Shown here: piece after piece, positions 52,165-62,729 of the stretch | How the letters are laid out: every line of letters begins with the position of its first letter | Numbering within the stretch: the stretch's first letter is position 1 | Source of the DNA: Macrostomum lignano | Taxonomy: Eukaryota | NCBI GenBank assembly: GCA_002269645.1 | Contig: NIVC01001530.1 | Coordinates: 209,420-273,419, forward strand | Direction: 5' to 3' | Length of the DNA stretch: 64,000 nucleotides | Made by a program: the position numbers and the translations under genes | The notes under the pieces: generated by a model | Told to the model about the DNA's origin: nothing | The model's input: the letters and a program-made list of their open reading frames with translations, nothing else | Databases searched by the model: none

Positions 52165-52630
52165 ATGACCATGACGTGGGATGATTTTAAACAAAGATAT
52201 GGAACGGACACAACAAGCAATATCGAATTAACAAATTGGGCGAGGCAGTTAAAAATAAAACCATTCAGATGTGTTATGCGAGATGAGATCAAAGACTTAC
52301 CAAATATGGATCTTTCATTGTTAATATTGAAACAACAAAAGAAAATGGTGTTCATTGGTCGGCAGTTTATTCAAACCTAAACTTGTTTATTTTTTTGATT
52401 CATACGCGCTTCCTCCGTTACAGGAAATAAAAGACAAATTTAATCATACTAAAAATCGTTTATGTGGAGATCATCACGAACAATTTCAAACCTTTGATAA
52501 AAGTTATTGCGGGCAAGCGGCGTTGTATTTTTTATATAAAATTAATAACTCGAAGGAAACCCCCGAAGTATTTAAGAATATCATGCAAAGCATGCGACCC
52601 TACGGGGCGATTTTAGACTCTATAAAATAG
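52165..52630 (+). CDS. Adenain-like cysteine protease (frameshifted)
   Basis: GVHW (alternate frame near 52350), YFFDSYA, FQTFDKSYCG: His-Asp-Gln-Cys catalytic order. Confidence 0.85.
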
Positions 52631-52640
52631 ACAGTAAAAA

Positions 52641-54620
52641 ATGTTATTTTCTGGAACACCCTCATGGAACGGAACAACAAGTAGTGGTGGTGGTGGCACA
52701 TCTGGTGGAATAAGTGTTACATTTGGAGATAATCGATATATTAATGAGGGATGAAGGTTATAAAAAAAGTGAAGTTGATACTAAACTAAATTTAAAAAGA
52801 AATGTTGCAGATTCCTATACTAAAACTCAAATCGATGATTCACTAAATCTGAAACGGAACGTAGCCGATTCCTATACCAAAACCGAAGTTGATAATTCAT
52901 TAAATTTAAAACGCAATACAGCCGATTCTTATACCAAAACCGAAGTTGATAATTCATTAAATTTGAAACGGAACGTAGCCGATTCTTATACCAAAACCGA
53001 AGTTGATAATGGATTAAATTTAAAAAGAGATGTAACTGATTCTTATTCTCGAACTGATTCTGATTCACGTTATGTTCAAACCACCGCAACCGGAAACCTA
53101 GATATGAGCAACAACCGAATTATAAATGTTTCAATTACAACTAGTGATTCAGTGGTTGATAAGAACTATGTCGATAATCAAGTTGCCACTCGTAGTGGTA
53201 ATATTAATATGAATAATTTTAAATTAACAAATTTATTATTTGGAACAGAGAACGCAGACTCGATAACTCTAGGCCAAGTAAACGAGCGAGCTAATGCAAC
53301 CGACGCCGATATTTTTACCACGCCGCTTACATCAAATACTTCAAATCCTGATGTTGTTCTTACAGCATCTGAAAATGGCAACACAGCTTTTCGAGTTGGA
53401 GATGGAAGCCTTGCGACACAATGGTCACCAAATACCGGAACCACAACCAATATGGAAATTCAATTTGAATTTTTAGGTTATAATAGAAGAATATTTGAAT
53501 TAAGAATTACAGGCAGTGAAACAATTGAGATACCCTCGGGGTGGTCGGTTCGCGCAAAAAATGTTGCTACCGATTCATGGACGACATTAACTACGTCGGG
53601 ATCACCAGTTCAAGCAACATCATTTGCTCTATCTAATTTAACGACTAATTTTTGGAAATATTATAGCGTATTCTTCCCAACTGGTGGTACCGGTACACAA
53701 CCTATCGAGGTTCGTCAAATACAATTATTTGAACACCGTGTTGAAATTCAAGATCTTAATTGGCCAACTCAAATACTTTCTGCAGTTCCGCGAGCGTACG
53801 TAGATCAGCTAGCTACTCCAACATCAAATGGTAGAATGTCTGGAAGCGATAAAAATAAATTGGATGGAATACCTGCTATTGATGCGGCCTTGTTCGAACC
53901 AGTAATTTGCAATTGGTCTGGATATCAAAATCCAACAACCGCCGGAGATATATATCCAGTCGGTTCTTTAATTGGTGACGCTTCTTATATCGATTATCAA
54001 AACGGCGCTAGAATTACTCGTGAAACTCTGGAGTAAGTGGTGCTTTACAATTCAATTTCACACATTTTCAAAATATATCTGCGTCTTTCTTTTTCCGAGT
54101 TGCTAATTCTACAGGAGATGGTGCAGATGCGGTTTGGTTTTATGCATACTGTCACCAACGTCCAACATCGGAATTTGGAACTGGATTATCAACCGACGCC
54201 GGATGATAGTTTTGCTAGTGAGTGGATGATAGGTTTGGAGTTGTTTGGAGTAATAAAAAATCAGACGGATCAAGCCGCGATGTTAATACTGCGCGATCAA
54301 ACTGTAGCCTATGCTAATATTGATAACGGCATTGGCATTTATTTGAAGTTAATATTTTAAATCAAAGGGTTTGGTACCGATTACAGTCATACAATGTTGC
54401 TGGTGATTCTTTTACCCTCATTGGACAGAACGTTTTCACATATGATAGTGGAACTTGGGGAACTTTAGATAAATCTGGAACCCTTATGGGTTTTGGTGCT
54501 CGAACTGGTGGAGCGGATGCTGCACATTTTATTCGTGGTGCAGTTGTATGTGGTAGTACGTCGTTTGGTTATGTTTTTCCCTCTACTGCTTATTTGGAAA
54601 AACCTCCTACTCAAATATAA
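52641..54620 (+). CDS. Fibre/spike-like protein: repeat shaft, discoidin-like domain, L-type lectin-like domain (several frameshifts)
   Basis: About 5 copies of KRNVADSYTKTEVDNSLNL; AFRVGDGSLATQW...IQFEF; across frameshifts GDGADAVWF and GFGARTGGA..AHFI, ending at TAA 54620. Confidence 0.65.
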
Positions 54621-54651
54621 AATATTTATATATAAAATATTTCTATATAAA

Positions 54652-54951
54652 ATGGCTTTTAGTAGAACTCCATCGATGCGGCAAAATAATGTTATTATTC
54701 CTATTCCTAAACAAGAATCAAATATAAAAACATTCAAATCTCATACCAAATTTTTATTTAGTACTGTAAATGTTCAGGATAATAAGAAGCTTCAAGAATT
54801 AATTAAGTTATTAAAAAATCATATTATACTTCAAGAGTTTTGGAAAATAGGATTTAAATGGGAGAAAAAAGAAAGAATAACTCCAATACAATACCTATTG
54901 AGCTCGGGACAAATCCCAAAGAGCGCGGGGAATTCATTTTGGTGCTATTAA
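54652..54951 (+). CDS. Hypothetical protein (99 aa from ATG 54652)
   Basis: TAAAATG start context inside ORF 54493..54951. Confidence 0.5.
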   Translation: MAFSRTPSMRQNNVIIPIPKQESNIKTFKSHTKFLFSTVNVQDNKKLQELIKLLKNHIILQEFWKIGFKWEKKERITPIQYLLSSGQIPKSAGNSFWCY

Positions 54952-54963
54952 AAATAGACGAGA

Positions 54964-55602
54964 ATGTCGGTATCTGAAGCAGATAAATGGGAACGCGACC
55001 GGTTCAACCAACGTAAAGGTCAGATGTTAAGTAATGTTGATCGTATTAACTATGATTATGATTTATATGCTAAAAAAGTAAGAAGAGTTTCAAACCATAT
55101 AAGAAATATGGACTTTTTCAATATTGGATTTGGAAGCTTATCAATGTTATGTGTAATCGTTTTAGGTATTTTACAATCTATTCCAACTCTTAATTTATCT
55201 CAATTATTTTTAGGTATTTCAATTGGCTCAATATCAGGTTTTGAATTGATCAGGAACTTATCAATACTTTTAGCAATTAAATTATATCTTAAAAAAAGAA
55301 AGGAAAAATATAAATCTTTAAGAGATGTTGCAAAACAATATAAAAATCAATTATATTTATATGTGCAAAAAATATTGGATGACGGAGAGATAACGATTCA
55401 TGAATTATCAACCGCGGTTGAATTATATGAAAAATATTTAAAAGATAGAAATAGAATTTTAGATGTTGAAACTTTTACCGATATGGAATTAAAAGAGTTG
55501 AGACTCGATAAACCCAAAGCTCCACCGATAGAAACATTAGGCATTTACGAACCTGAAACTATTGCTACTGGGGCACAAAGCCCGCGGTCAGGAAGTGCGT
55601 AG
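54964..55602 (+). CDS. Two-TM membrane protein with helical C-terminal domain
   Basis: 212 aa; two adjacent hydrophobic helices followed by a Lys-rich helix and KILDDGEIT. Confidence 0.65.
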   Translation: MSVSEADKWERDRFNQRKGQMLSNVDRINYDYDLYAKKVRRVSNHIRNMDFFNIGFGSLSMLCVIVLGILQSIPTLNLSQLFLGISIGSISGFELIRNLSILLAIKLYLKKRKEKYKSLRDVAKQYKNQLYLYVQKILDDGEITIHELSTAVELYEKYLKDRNRILDVETFTDMELKELRLDKPKAPPIETLGIYEPETIATGAQSPRSGSA

Positions 55603-55636
55603 AACTTCAGGTTGTTTAGTTTTTCTAATGCATATG

Positions 55637-56098
55637 TTATATATTCTTCCCAAAGTGGTAACTCTCTTCTGATCTAGGTTTAAATTTTTTATCAATACAT
55701 AAAAATTCCAATGACTTTTTCAATAACATTTCGTTAGGTATGTTACCTATCCTTATAAACTTTGTATTCTCTCGAATAAGAAAATTGAAATAATATCCAA
55801 CTAAAATTAAAATCCTTTCAGAGTCTTTCGAACTTAATCCCTTTCCTTTATTTAAATGGAAAAAGTTATTATATAAATAAACATTATTTCCGGGAATTAA
55901 AATTGGATCAGAAATGTCTCTTGTAAGATTTCTTAAAATTGTGTTTTTAAAATAGTAATATGAGTTTTCAATCTTTTTTGTTTTTTCAAATTGATATATT
56001 TTAGAACATGAATAACACATATGATATATATCTCCGTTTGCTGTTTGCCCTCTGTGCATAGTCACATTACATTTATTACAAACATAAATGTCTTTCAT
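55637..56098 (-). CDS. Zinc-ribbon hypothetical protein
   Basis: CNKC...CYSC; AAAAATG start. Confidence 0.55.
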   Translation of the reverse strand: MKDIYVCNKCNVTMHRGQTANGDIYHMCYSCSKIYQFEKTKKIENSYYYFKNTILRNLTRDISDPILIPGNNVYLYNNFFHLNKGKGLSSKDSERILILVGYYFNFLIRENTKFIRIGNIPNEMLLKKSLEFLCIDKKFKPRSEESYHFGKNI

Positions 56099-56124
56099 TT
56101 TTTTGTTATTTTTTTAGATTAAAA

Positions 56125-56457
56125 ATGGAGAGCTGGTTCAAAACCGATTCTAATGTGATTAATTATCTCACACCCAATATGTTGGAGAATAAAGAATATA
56201 ATATTATATGTTTGAGACAGGTTAAATTTATTGGGCTTCAATCAATATTTTTACAATTAGATGGGCAAAAAATTTTATGTCTAAGCGGAGATGATGTTAA
56301 AAATTTTCCTGTTTTAGTTATTAATAAACCTAAAGCGTTTGTTATGAAATACTGCAACGAGGGTGGATTGCAATTTAAACTAAAACAAACAAATAATAAA
56401 AAGAGTGATAGGACTGTAAAATTGGCGGCTGTTTGGGAGGATGACGACGAAGACTAA
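56125..56457 (+). CDS. Small protein, possible OB-fold ssDNA-binding protein
   Basis: 110 aa, beta-strand pattern, acidic tail WEDDDED, near pPolB. The fold assignment is inference. Confidence 0.45.
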   Translation: MESWFKTDSNVINYLTPNMLENKEYNIICLRQVKFIGLQSIFLQLDGQKILCLSGDDVKNFPVLVINKPKAFVMKYCNEGGLQFKLKQTNNKKSDRTVKLAAVWEDDDED

Positions 56458-56472
56458 ATTTTTTATAAGAAA

Positions 56473-56832
56473 ATGGATACGATAAAAATCCTTATCACTA
56501 AAGAGCGTGAACTTAATGATATTAATAAAAAAATAAATATAATTATATCTCAGAAATATCATGAGTATGGGGACGATATGTTTCCCATCCGATATGAGAT
56601 AGATAAAAGAAAACGTTTTTTAAGACAAGATATTGTTTATGCTGAAATAGTAATTGAAATTGAAATAGATAGATTGGTTAGAAAAATAAAAAAACTTAGG
56701 AAAAAAATAAAGGATTGTTTAAGTTACCCTGCCGACTGTGAGGATAATTGGTGCTCAATAATATATGAAATTGAAGTTAATGATTTGCTCAAACAATTAC
56801 ATGCTTTAGTTTTTTACAGACCCGATAAGTAA
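56473..56832 (+). CDS. Hypothetical coiled-coil protein
   Basis: 119-aa ORF, AAAATG start, convergent with pPolB. Confidence 0.5.
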   Translation: MDTIKILITKERELNDINKKINIIISQKYHEYGDDMFPIRYEIDKRKRFLRQDIVYAEIVIEIEIDRLVRKIKKLRKKIKDCLSYPADCEDNWCSIIYEIEVNDLLKQLHALVFYRPDK

Positions 56833-59800
56833 TTTTTCTGTTAATCTCTTCCAGTTATTCAAGACTTTTTCCTTATTTAATTTTTTAAGTTCTTTTGGAA
56901 ATGTTGAATAATAATTATCTATATCTTTTTCATATTCTAGAAATGTATTATATTCACAATCACATTCGGATTCACAATCACAATCGTAATAATAATTATT
57001 TATTGCCGCTTTGTATTCATTATATTTACTTATTATATCTTCTTTTTGTTTTTTATCTTTTATCATATTTTTTATCTCTTCTTTTAAACCATATGGATAT
57101 GTTTTAATTTTATCATCTAAATATCTTTTATCATCAAATGGACTTAATGTTTTTTTATCTGTCTCGATGACAAACATCTGATGCTTATCTGAATTTAATC
57201 GATATTGTGGAGCATGATAATTTTCAATTGTATTAAGGTAATCTAAAAGTACGTTTTTATAATCATCAAATGTTATCTTTTTTACTGCTGCTCTTGATAC
57301 CCCTTTTATTTTTTTTACCTCTCCCTCCTGTCCTAAAACCTTAAATGCATAGCATTTTGATCTTATTGCTATAAACTCGGTTATGATTTTGCTATTTAAT
57401 TCATCTTTCATTTTAAGTACAACTTTTTTATTTTGATCTGATTTTAAAGGATGGTTATCCGGATAGTCGGAGGTATCCAATGTATCCTTAATTTTTTCCA
57501 TATCTTTATAGACATCGAACCTTTGGTTCGCGGACTCCGTCCGGTCATCTGTTTCAACCTTAAATACCAAACTGTCGGTGTCTGCATATATTGGATAGTT
57601 ATCTGGCCATGTTTTATTTATAACATCATAATAGTATTCATACATTACTAGCTTTGCAAATCTAAAACAACCATTCCAATAAATATTGGTTTAAGAAATT
57701 TTGTTGTTTTATTTCTCATATGAATACCCATAAAGTTATCATCAAATTTTATAAAGTCTTTAAAGTTAGGTTTTGAGAAATATTTCTTTGCTTTATCAAT
57801 ATCCTTTTCTAAATGGAATTGGGTTCTATCTCTAATATTTTCAACCGTTTTTCCATAAAAAGCATTATTCATTAATTTCCAATAATCTTTCTCAAAATTT
57901 GTTTTTGACATCTGTCTCTGATTTGAATTAAAGTCAATATATTTAGCTAACCAATCTTCCTCAATAAACGATATTGTTCGATGTACTTTAGACACTTTTA
58001 ATCCCTGCTTTTCATAAAATTGTAGAAGCTTATAATGCACTACATAGTTTTTCTTATCATGTAAATTTAATATTAATTTTTTTGTTGCTAGATGTTTTGC
58101 ATTATCTACTTTAAGATAATCTTTTTGTGTTTGTGATAAATCATCTTCATTAACTGAACAATGCTCTGGAGCTAAAGGATATTTATATGTTTTTGCTTTT
58201 GCTTCCCGAGTATATTGCAAATCCACTTCTACGATACAGCCCCTTCCTTCGGGAATATTTTTGTAATAATCGGGGTCATCTTCCCATTGGAAATCAGCTA
58301 TTGGTAATTTTTGTTTCATACAACCACCGTATAAATTGTTTGCATCTAGATATAATACATATGATGATTTTTCTTTTTTATTATAATTTGGTAGATATTT
58401 ATTATTTACTTTAGTATATCTATCTCCTAGTACACCCGAGAATCCACCGCGAATTCCTCTCTCAATCATTAACAACATATCATGATCAGTTAGTAAATCA
58501 ATCTTAACATCTGTATGTTTCAAACCACAAGCCCATGTTAATCCCGGTGCACTGAAACAATATGCGGGATCAATTTTAAAATTCTCATATGTATGATTCC
58601 TAAAGTTTTCAAATGCATCAGCTAATAGGAGAACATCTGCTTTAAGATATAGATTATGATAATCTTTAAATGTTTTACAATTAAAGTATTTCCATACTTT
58701 TTGAGCGTGTTCATAATCCGATTCACTTATGTTTGTTTGTGATAATGTTGAATAAAACTTTTCAATTGGGGGTAATTCGGTATGAAAAAATACGTCTTCA
58801 GATGTTACATATTCATATGGATAGATGCCCTTACGAGTTAATAGCATTAGTTCTTCCTCGGATAGTTTTTCTTTTTGAAACGATTCAATAGTATTGGAAA
58901 GTTTTTCTTTACTATTTCTAAATCCCATGGTTTTGGAACTAATGATGAAACAACATTTGCTAAAGATGTTGATAAGAATCTCAAGGAATCTAGAAAAACT
59001 AGATGGGAGTATTTCTTACCATATGTTATTGATATGTAATTTTCTGATGTTTTAGGTAATATATTTATTTCATATTCATCCTTTCCTAAATGAAGCAATT
59101 CTCGAACTAAGAAATGAAAATCATATCCGGAACCATTATGAAAAAATACTGGTATTTCCTTACATCCTTTTCCTTCTTTTGCATTACATGATCTACATGC
59201 TGCCCCTCGATAATTTCCTGTTAGATGACAATGTTCTCGTATCTTATTATTCTTACTTAAATGTCTTTTGCACATAAAACAATTTGTTGCATTTTTATAA
59301 TTGTCTCTATCCTTATTTGTCATATTAATATTTTTTGATAATTTATCATATTGATTTTGAATATATTCAAATACATTTACTAATGATTCTGCCATGTGCT
59401 TAGCTGCATCATTACCGTGGTAAGTAATCATCCTTGATTTAAATATATGATCAGCTACAGAGTGTACATATATACAATAACTATTCGGAAACTGTTGTGC
59501 CAATTTTTTTGTGCATTCACCGTCATCAGATACCGTCTGTGATTCTTTTAAGGGAACATTTGTTGCTTCAAAATCAGCATATATTACTATTGGTTTTTTA
59601 ACTGCCATATAATGTTGTTGGAACTTTAGGGTTGCATCTTCAGATGCTGGCATTATAGCATTAGTAAATTTGTGATCTAAACAAAATCGTTGGTGGTTTT
59701 TAAGAGCTGTTTCATCCTTTTTAAATGTAAAACAATTTCTACATAGTGGATATCTATTTCTATTTTCTCTTAAAAAAGAACTAATATCTTTTATGTATAT

Positions 59801-60767
59801 ATAATGTGTTTCATTTTCGCGCTGCATGTACAAAAGATCGATTTGATCTGGTGCTGTTATATCAGTTGCTGGCTTAACAAGATAACACCTTTTCTTATAC
59901 CATTCTGGATCGGTTAAAATTTCTTCTAGATCTTTTGGTTCTTCAATTGTAAACACATTAATATTTAAACCATTCATTTTTTCAATCTTATATATATCAT
60001 CTATTGCTACTGGGTATGATATGTTTTTCATTATTATTTCATCCTCATATTGTCTATAATTATATATTTTATTAATGTGTGATTCTACTTGATTGTGATA
60101 TTTATGAATTAATAAACACCATAATAAACATTTATTATCTTTATTGTCTGGATTTATAATCATAGGTGATTTAAATTTGAGCTTCATATGTGATCGTCCT
60201 TTAAGAATTTCTATGGTGCAATCTTTACTATTGCTGAATTACAGGATACAAATATAAACCCAGATCCGTTTTCTGTCATCTTATCTATCCATTCATCAAA
60301 CTCAGCTTCTATTTGATCGAATTGATTGTTGTAATTTCCCATTGATAATAATGTTTTATATGATTCTTGTGAAAAGTTATTTATTACTTCAATTTCTGAA
60401 TTTGCATTAAGAATATTTGGTTTTTTAAATTCTGTTTCAACTTCTATTTTATACTTAATTGGCTGTCGTTTGTTATTTGGCCTTATAGTATAATTGTTTA
60501 ATATGTCTTTAATTTATCTTTCATTTGTTTAAAATATTCTTTATAATTTGTATTTATATCTATATCTATATATATTACTTCAGCTCCATTTTGTCCTTGT
60601 GGTTGGGGGTTATTAATATCATTTAATTGTCTTTCTAAACGTATCTCATTTTCTGCCCTAATTCTTGCTTCTATTTCAGCCCTATCGGCAATTCGTTGTG
60701 CATCGATTTGAGCTATTAATTGCGCTCTAAGTTCAGGGTTGTCGATTTGAGCTAAAATTGCTTCCAT
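56806..60767 (-). CDS. pPolB: Protein-primed family B DNA polymerase with endonuclease VII-like insertion (split by several 1-nt indels)
   Basis: IYADFE; FFHNGSGYDFH; FLDSLRF; RKGIYPYEY; YLDANNLYG; KLMNNAFYGK; YADTDS; KCYA..K.KGV; CFMC...REHCHLTGNYRGAACRSCN. Confidence 0.95.
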
Positions 60768-60850
60768 TTTATAGAATAAAATTTATATAATGTTTGAATT
60801 ATTGATTTTTTAATTTTGTGTTTTTGGTGTCCAGACCCTCCCCCAGGAGC

Positions 60851-61834
60851 CTATTCGAGATCTGCTTTTGGTAATAGCAATCCATTGCCCATAACGTTTG
60901 AATTTAAGAAAATTCCTGAACCTGCTTTTGGTCGCATTTCGAGATATAATCCGCTTCCGTCGTGTTTTTCAATGATATTAAAATCTTTTCCTAATTTATT
61001 AAAAATTTCTGAACAGCTGGTCTAAAATTGGATCCAATATTGTCAAAAAATCCTTTAGCTTTCTCACCCGTTTTTTCTAAAGTTTGACCAAATTCATGTA
61101 GTTTATCTGCGACAACTCCACTTCCTTGGGTTGTTCCTTTTAGTACCAAACCATTCCGTGATTTGTTCCTTGCAAGAGTAAACCTTTTCCGGCTGCTAAC
61201 CTAGCTTCTGCATTTCTTTTTTGCTCTGCTGTTGCTGAACTACTATTAATGGTATCAATAAGTTTCTGTTTGAATTGTGCGTCCTGCGTTATTTGCTGTC
61301 TTTGAAATTCGGCCTCTCTTTTAGCTTTTTCGTCCGCAGCTTTTTTGTCATTTACTGCTTTTGCAATTCCAGCTGCTCCGCCAGCAACTCCTCCAGCTGC
61401 TCCAATTCCTGCAAAAATTATTGGGAGCAAAGCTGCAAGGGGCAAGATTCCCCCTGTTTCGCTCTTAACTCTCCTAGCTGTTTTACATTATCATGAATTC
61501 TTTTTCCGGCTAAACCGACTGCTCCAGCTGCGCCAAGTCCTAAAAGAAGCGGTAGAATGGGTAGTAATCCGCCGTCCTTTTTAGTGTGAGTCTCCATTAA
61601 AAATTTCACATCGGAGTCTGTCAACCTATAATTTCTGCCGCGATTCTTAAAGGATATTGGCCTTCCTTCTTGTGCATATTTTGCTGCGAGTTTAAATGTA
61701 TCGATGTCGTAGTCAAACTTTTTACCTAATCGATCCAATCTTTTTAACATTGTGTGGCTATGTTTATTATCATCTAGATCTAAAGTATCTACAATTTCTC
61801 CTATAAAATATAAGCGGTCGTTATCTGTGTCCAT
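60851..61834 (-). CDS. Probable core/cement polyprotein with many GxG/GG protease sites (2 frameshifts)
   Basis: ORFs 61418..61834 and 61140..61445 plus a downstream frame join after +1 corrections; DGGLL, TGGIL, GKGL, GNGL, GSGV, GSGL, GSGI, GNGL. Confidence 0.6.
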
Positions 61835-61844
61835 TTTTATATTG

Positions 61845-62241
61845 TTAAAATTTCTTTAATCCTTTTCCACCTTTAATAGTATTTAACATTTTATTAAAAT
61901 CCTGAATATCTTTATTACTTATTGGTGCGCTTTTCGTGGGGGTTTCTGTTGGTTGTGCGGCTTGTGCCAGCTTTAAATCTTTTATTGCATTTATTTGTGA
62001 GAGGGTGTCGTTAAAATCTCTCAATTTCTTTAGTTCTTCTGCCGCTCTAGCTGCTTCAATTCCTCCTTTTACAGCATTTGTTATAGAGCCTGCTGCAGAG
62101 CCAGCTTGCCCTATAAGCCCCATATTGTCTTTAACAAAATTTGCTGCTGTTCCAACCACATCAAAAGCCCCTCACCTCGGTATTCAACTGGGTCTCCTAC
62201 CTGCATTCATTCAGATTTTGCATATGTGTAACGTGTGTCAT
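61845..62241 (-). CDS. Probable virion core protein
   Basis: ORF 61845..62159 extends upstream through RGEGLFD after correction to AAAAAATG at 62241; C-terminal KGGKGL. Confidence 0.55.
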
Positions 62242-62443
62242 TTTTTGTTCTATTTTTAGTAACAGAAAAAGATTGTCTGCATTCCATTTAGACCAGATTT
62301 TAGACCAAATTTTTGAAAACGAAAACCAAAACGATAGTCTAGTTTTGTTTGGTCTAAAATCTGGTCTAAATGGAATGTTGGGTGGGTAGGTGAGCTGACT
62401 ATAAATAGCTTCTATTCTTTCCGACCCTTCGCGCCTGCGGCGC

Positions 62444-62729
62444 GGGCAAGGGGTTATAGAGTAGTAGTATAGAAAAAGACGCTTCTAGATCAGACCTTAT
62501 TTTAATGACCGTTTTTATGGTCTTAAGAGGGGGGACGCGAGGGGAGTGTTGGGGAGTGTTTGGAAGTGTTGGGAATGATTTTTATTGTTAGGGGTGATTA
62601 TGGGTGATTAGATGTGTTAAGGGTGTTTAGATGTGTTTTTTTATTTACCCCCCGTGTCCCCCCTCTAGACCCTTAAAACGGTCATTAAAAAAGTGCTCTG
62701 GGTCTAGAAGCGTCTTTTTATATACTACT
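62444..62729 (-). repeat. Right terminal inverted repeat (286 bp)
   Basis: Ends TATATACTACT; matches the left TIR. Confidence 0.95.

Larger units (their letters stand above)
45019..62729. mobile_element. Full-length Polinton/Maverick (adintovirus-like endogenous DNA virus), 17,711 bp
   Basis: Termini AGTAGT...ACTACT; 286-bp TIRs; 6-bp TSD AACCCC at 45013-45018 and 62730-62735. The empty site is visible in sister repeat copies. Encodes integrase, pPolB, MCP, mCP, ATPase and protease. Confidence 0.97.

Noticed and set aside
50329-60767. Programmed ribosomal frameshifting in Polinton genes
   Set aside because: The shifts are too many, affect host genes as well, and lack canonical slippery heptamers; sequencing error or decay is simpler.
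45019-62729. Prophage or bacterial contamination
   Set aside because: The gene set, AGT termini and 6-bp TSD are Polinton-type, and the element is integrated in a host repeat whose empty site is visible.
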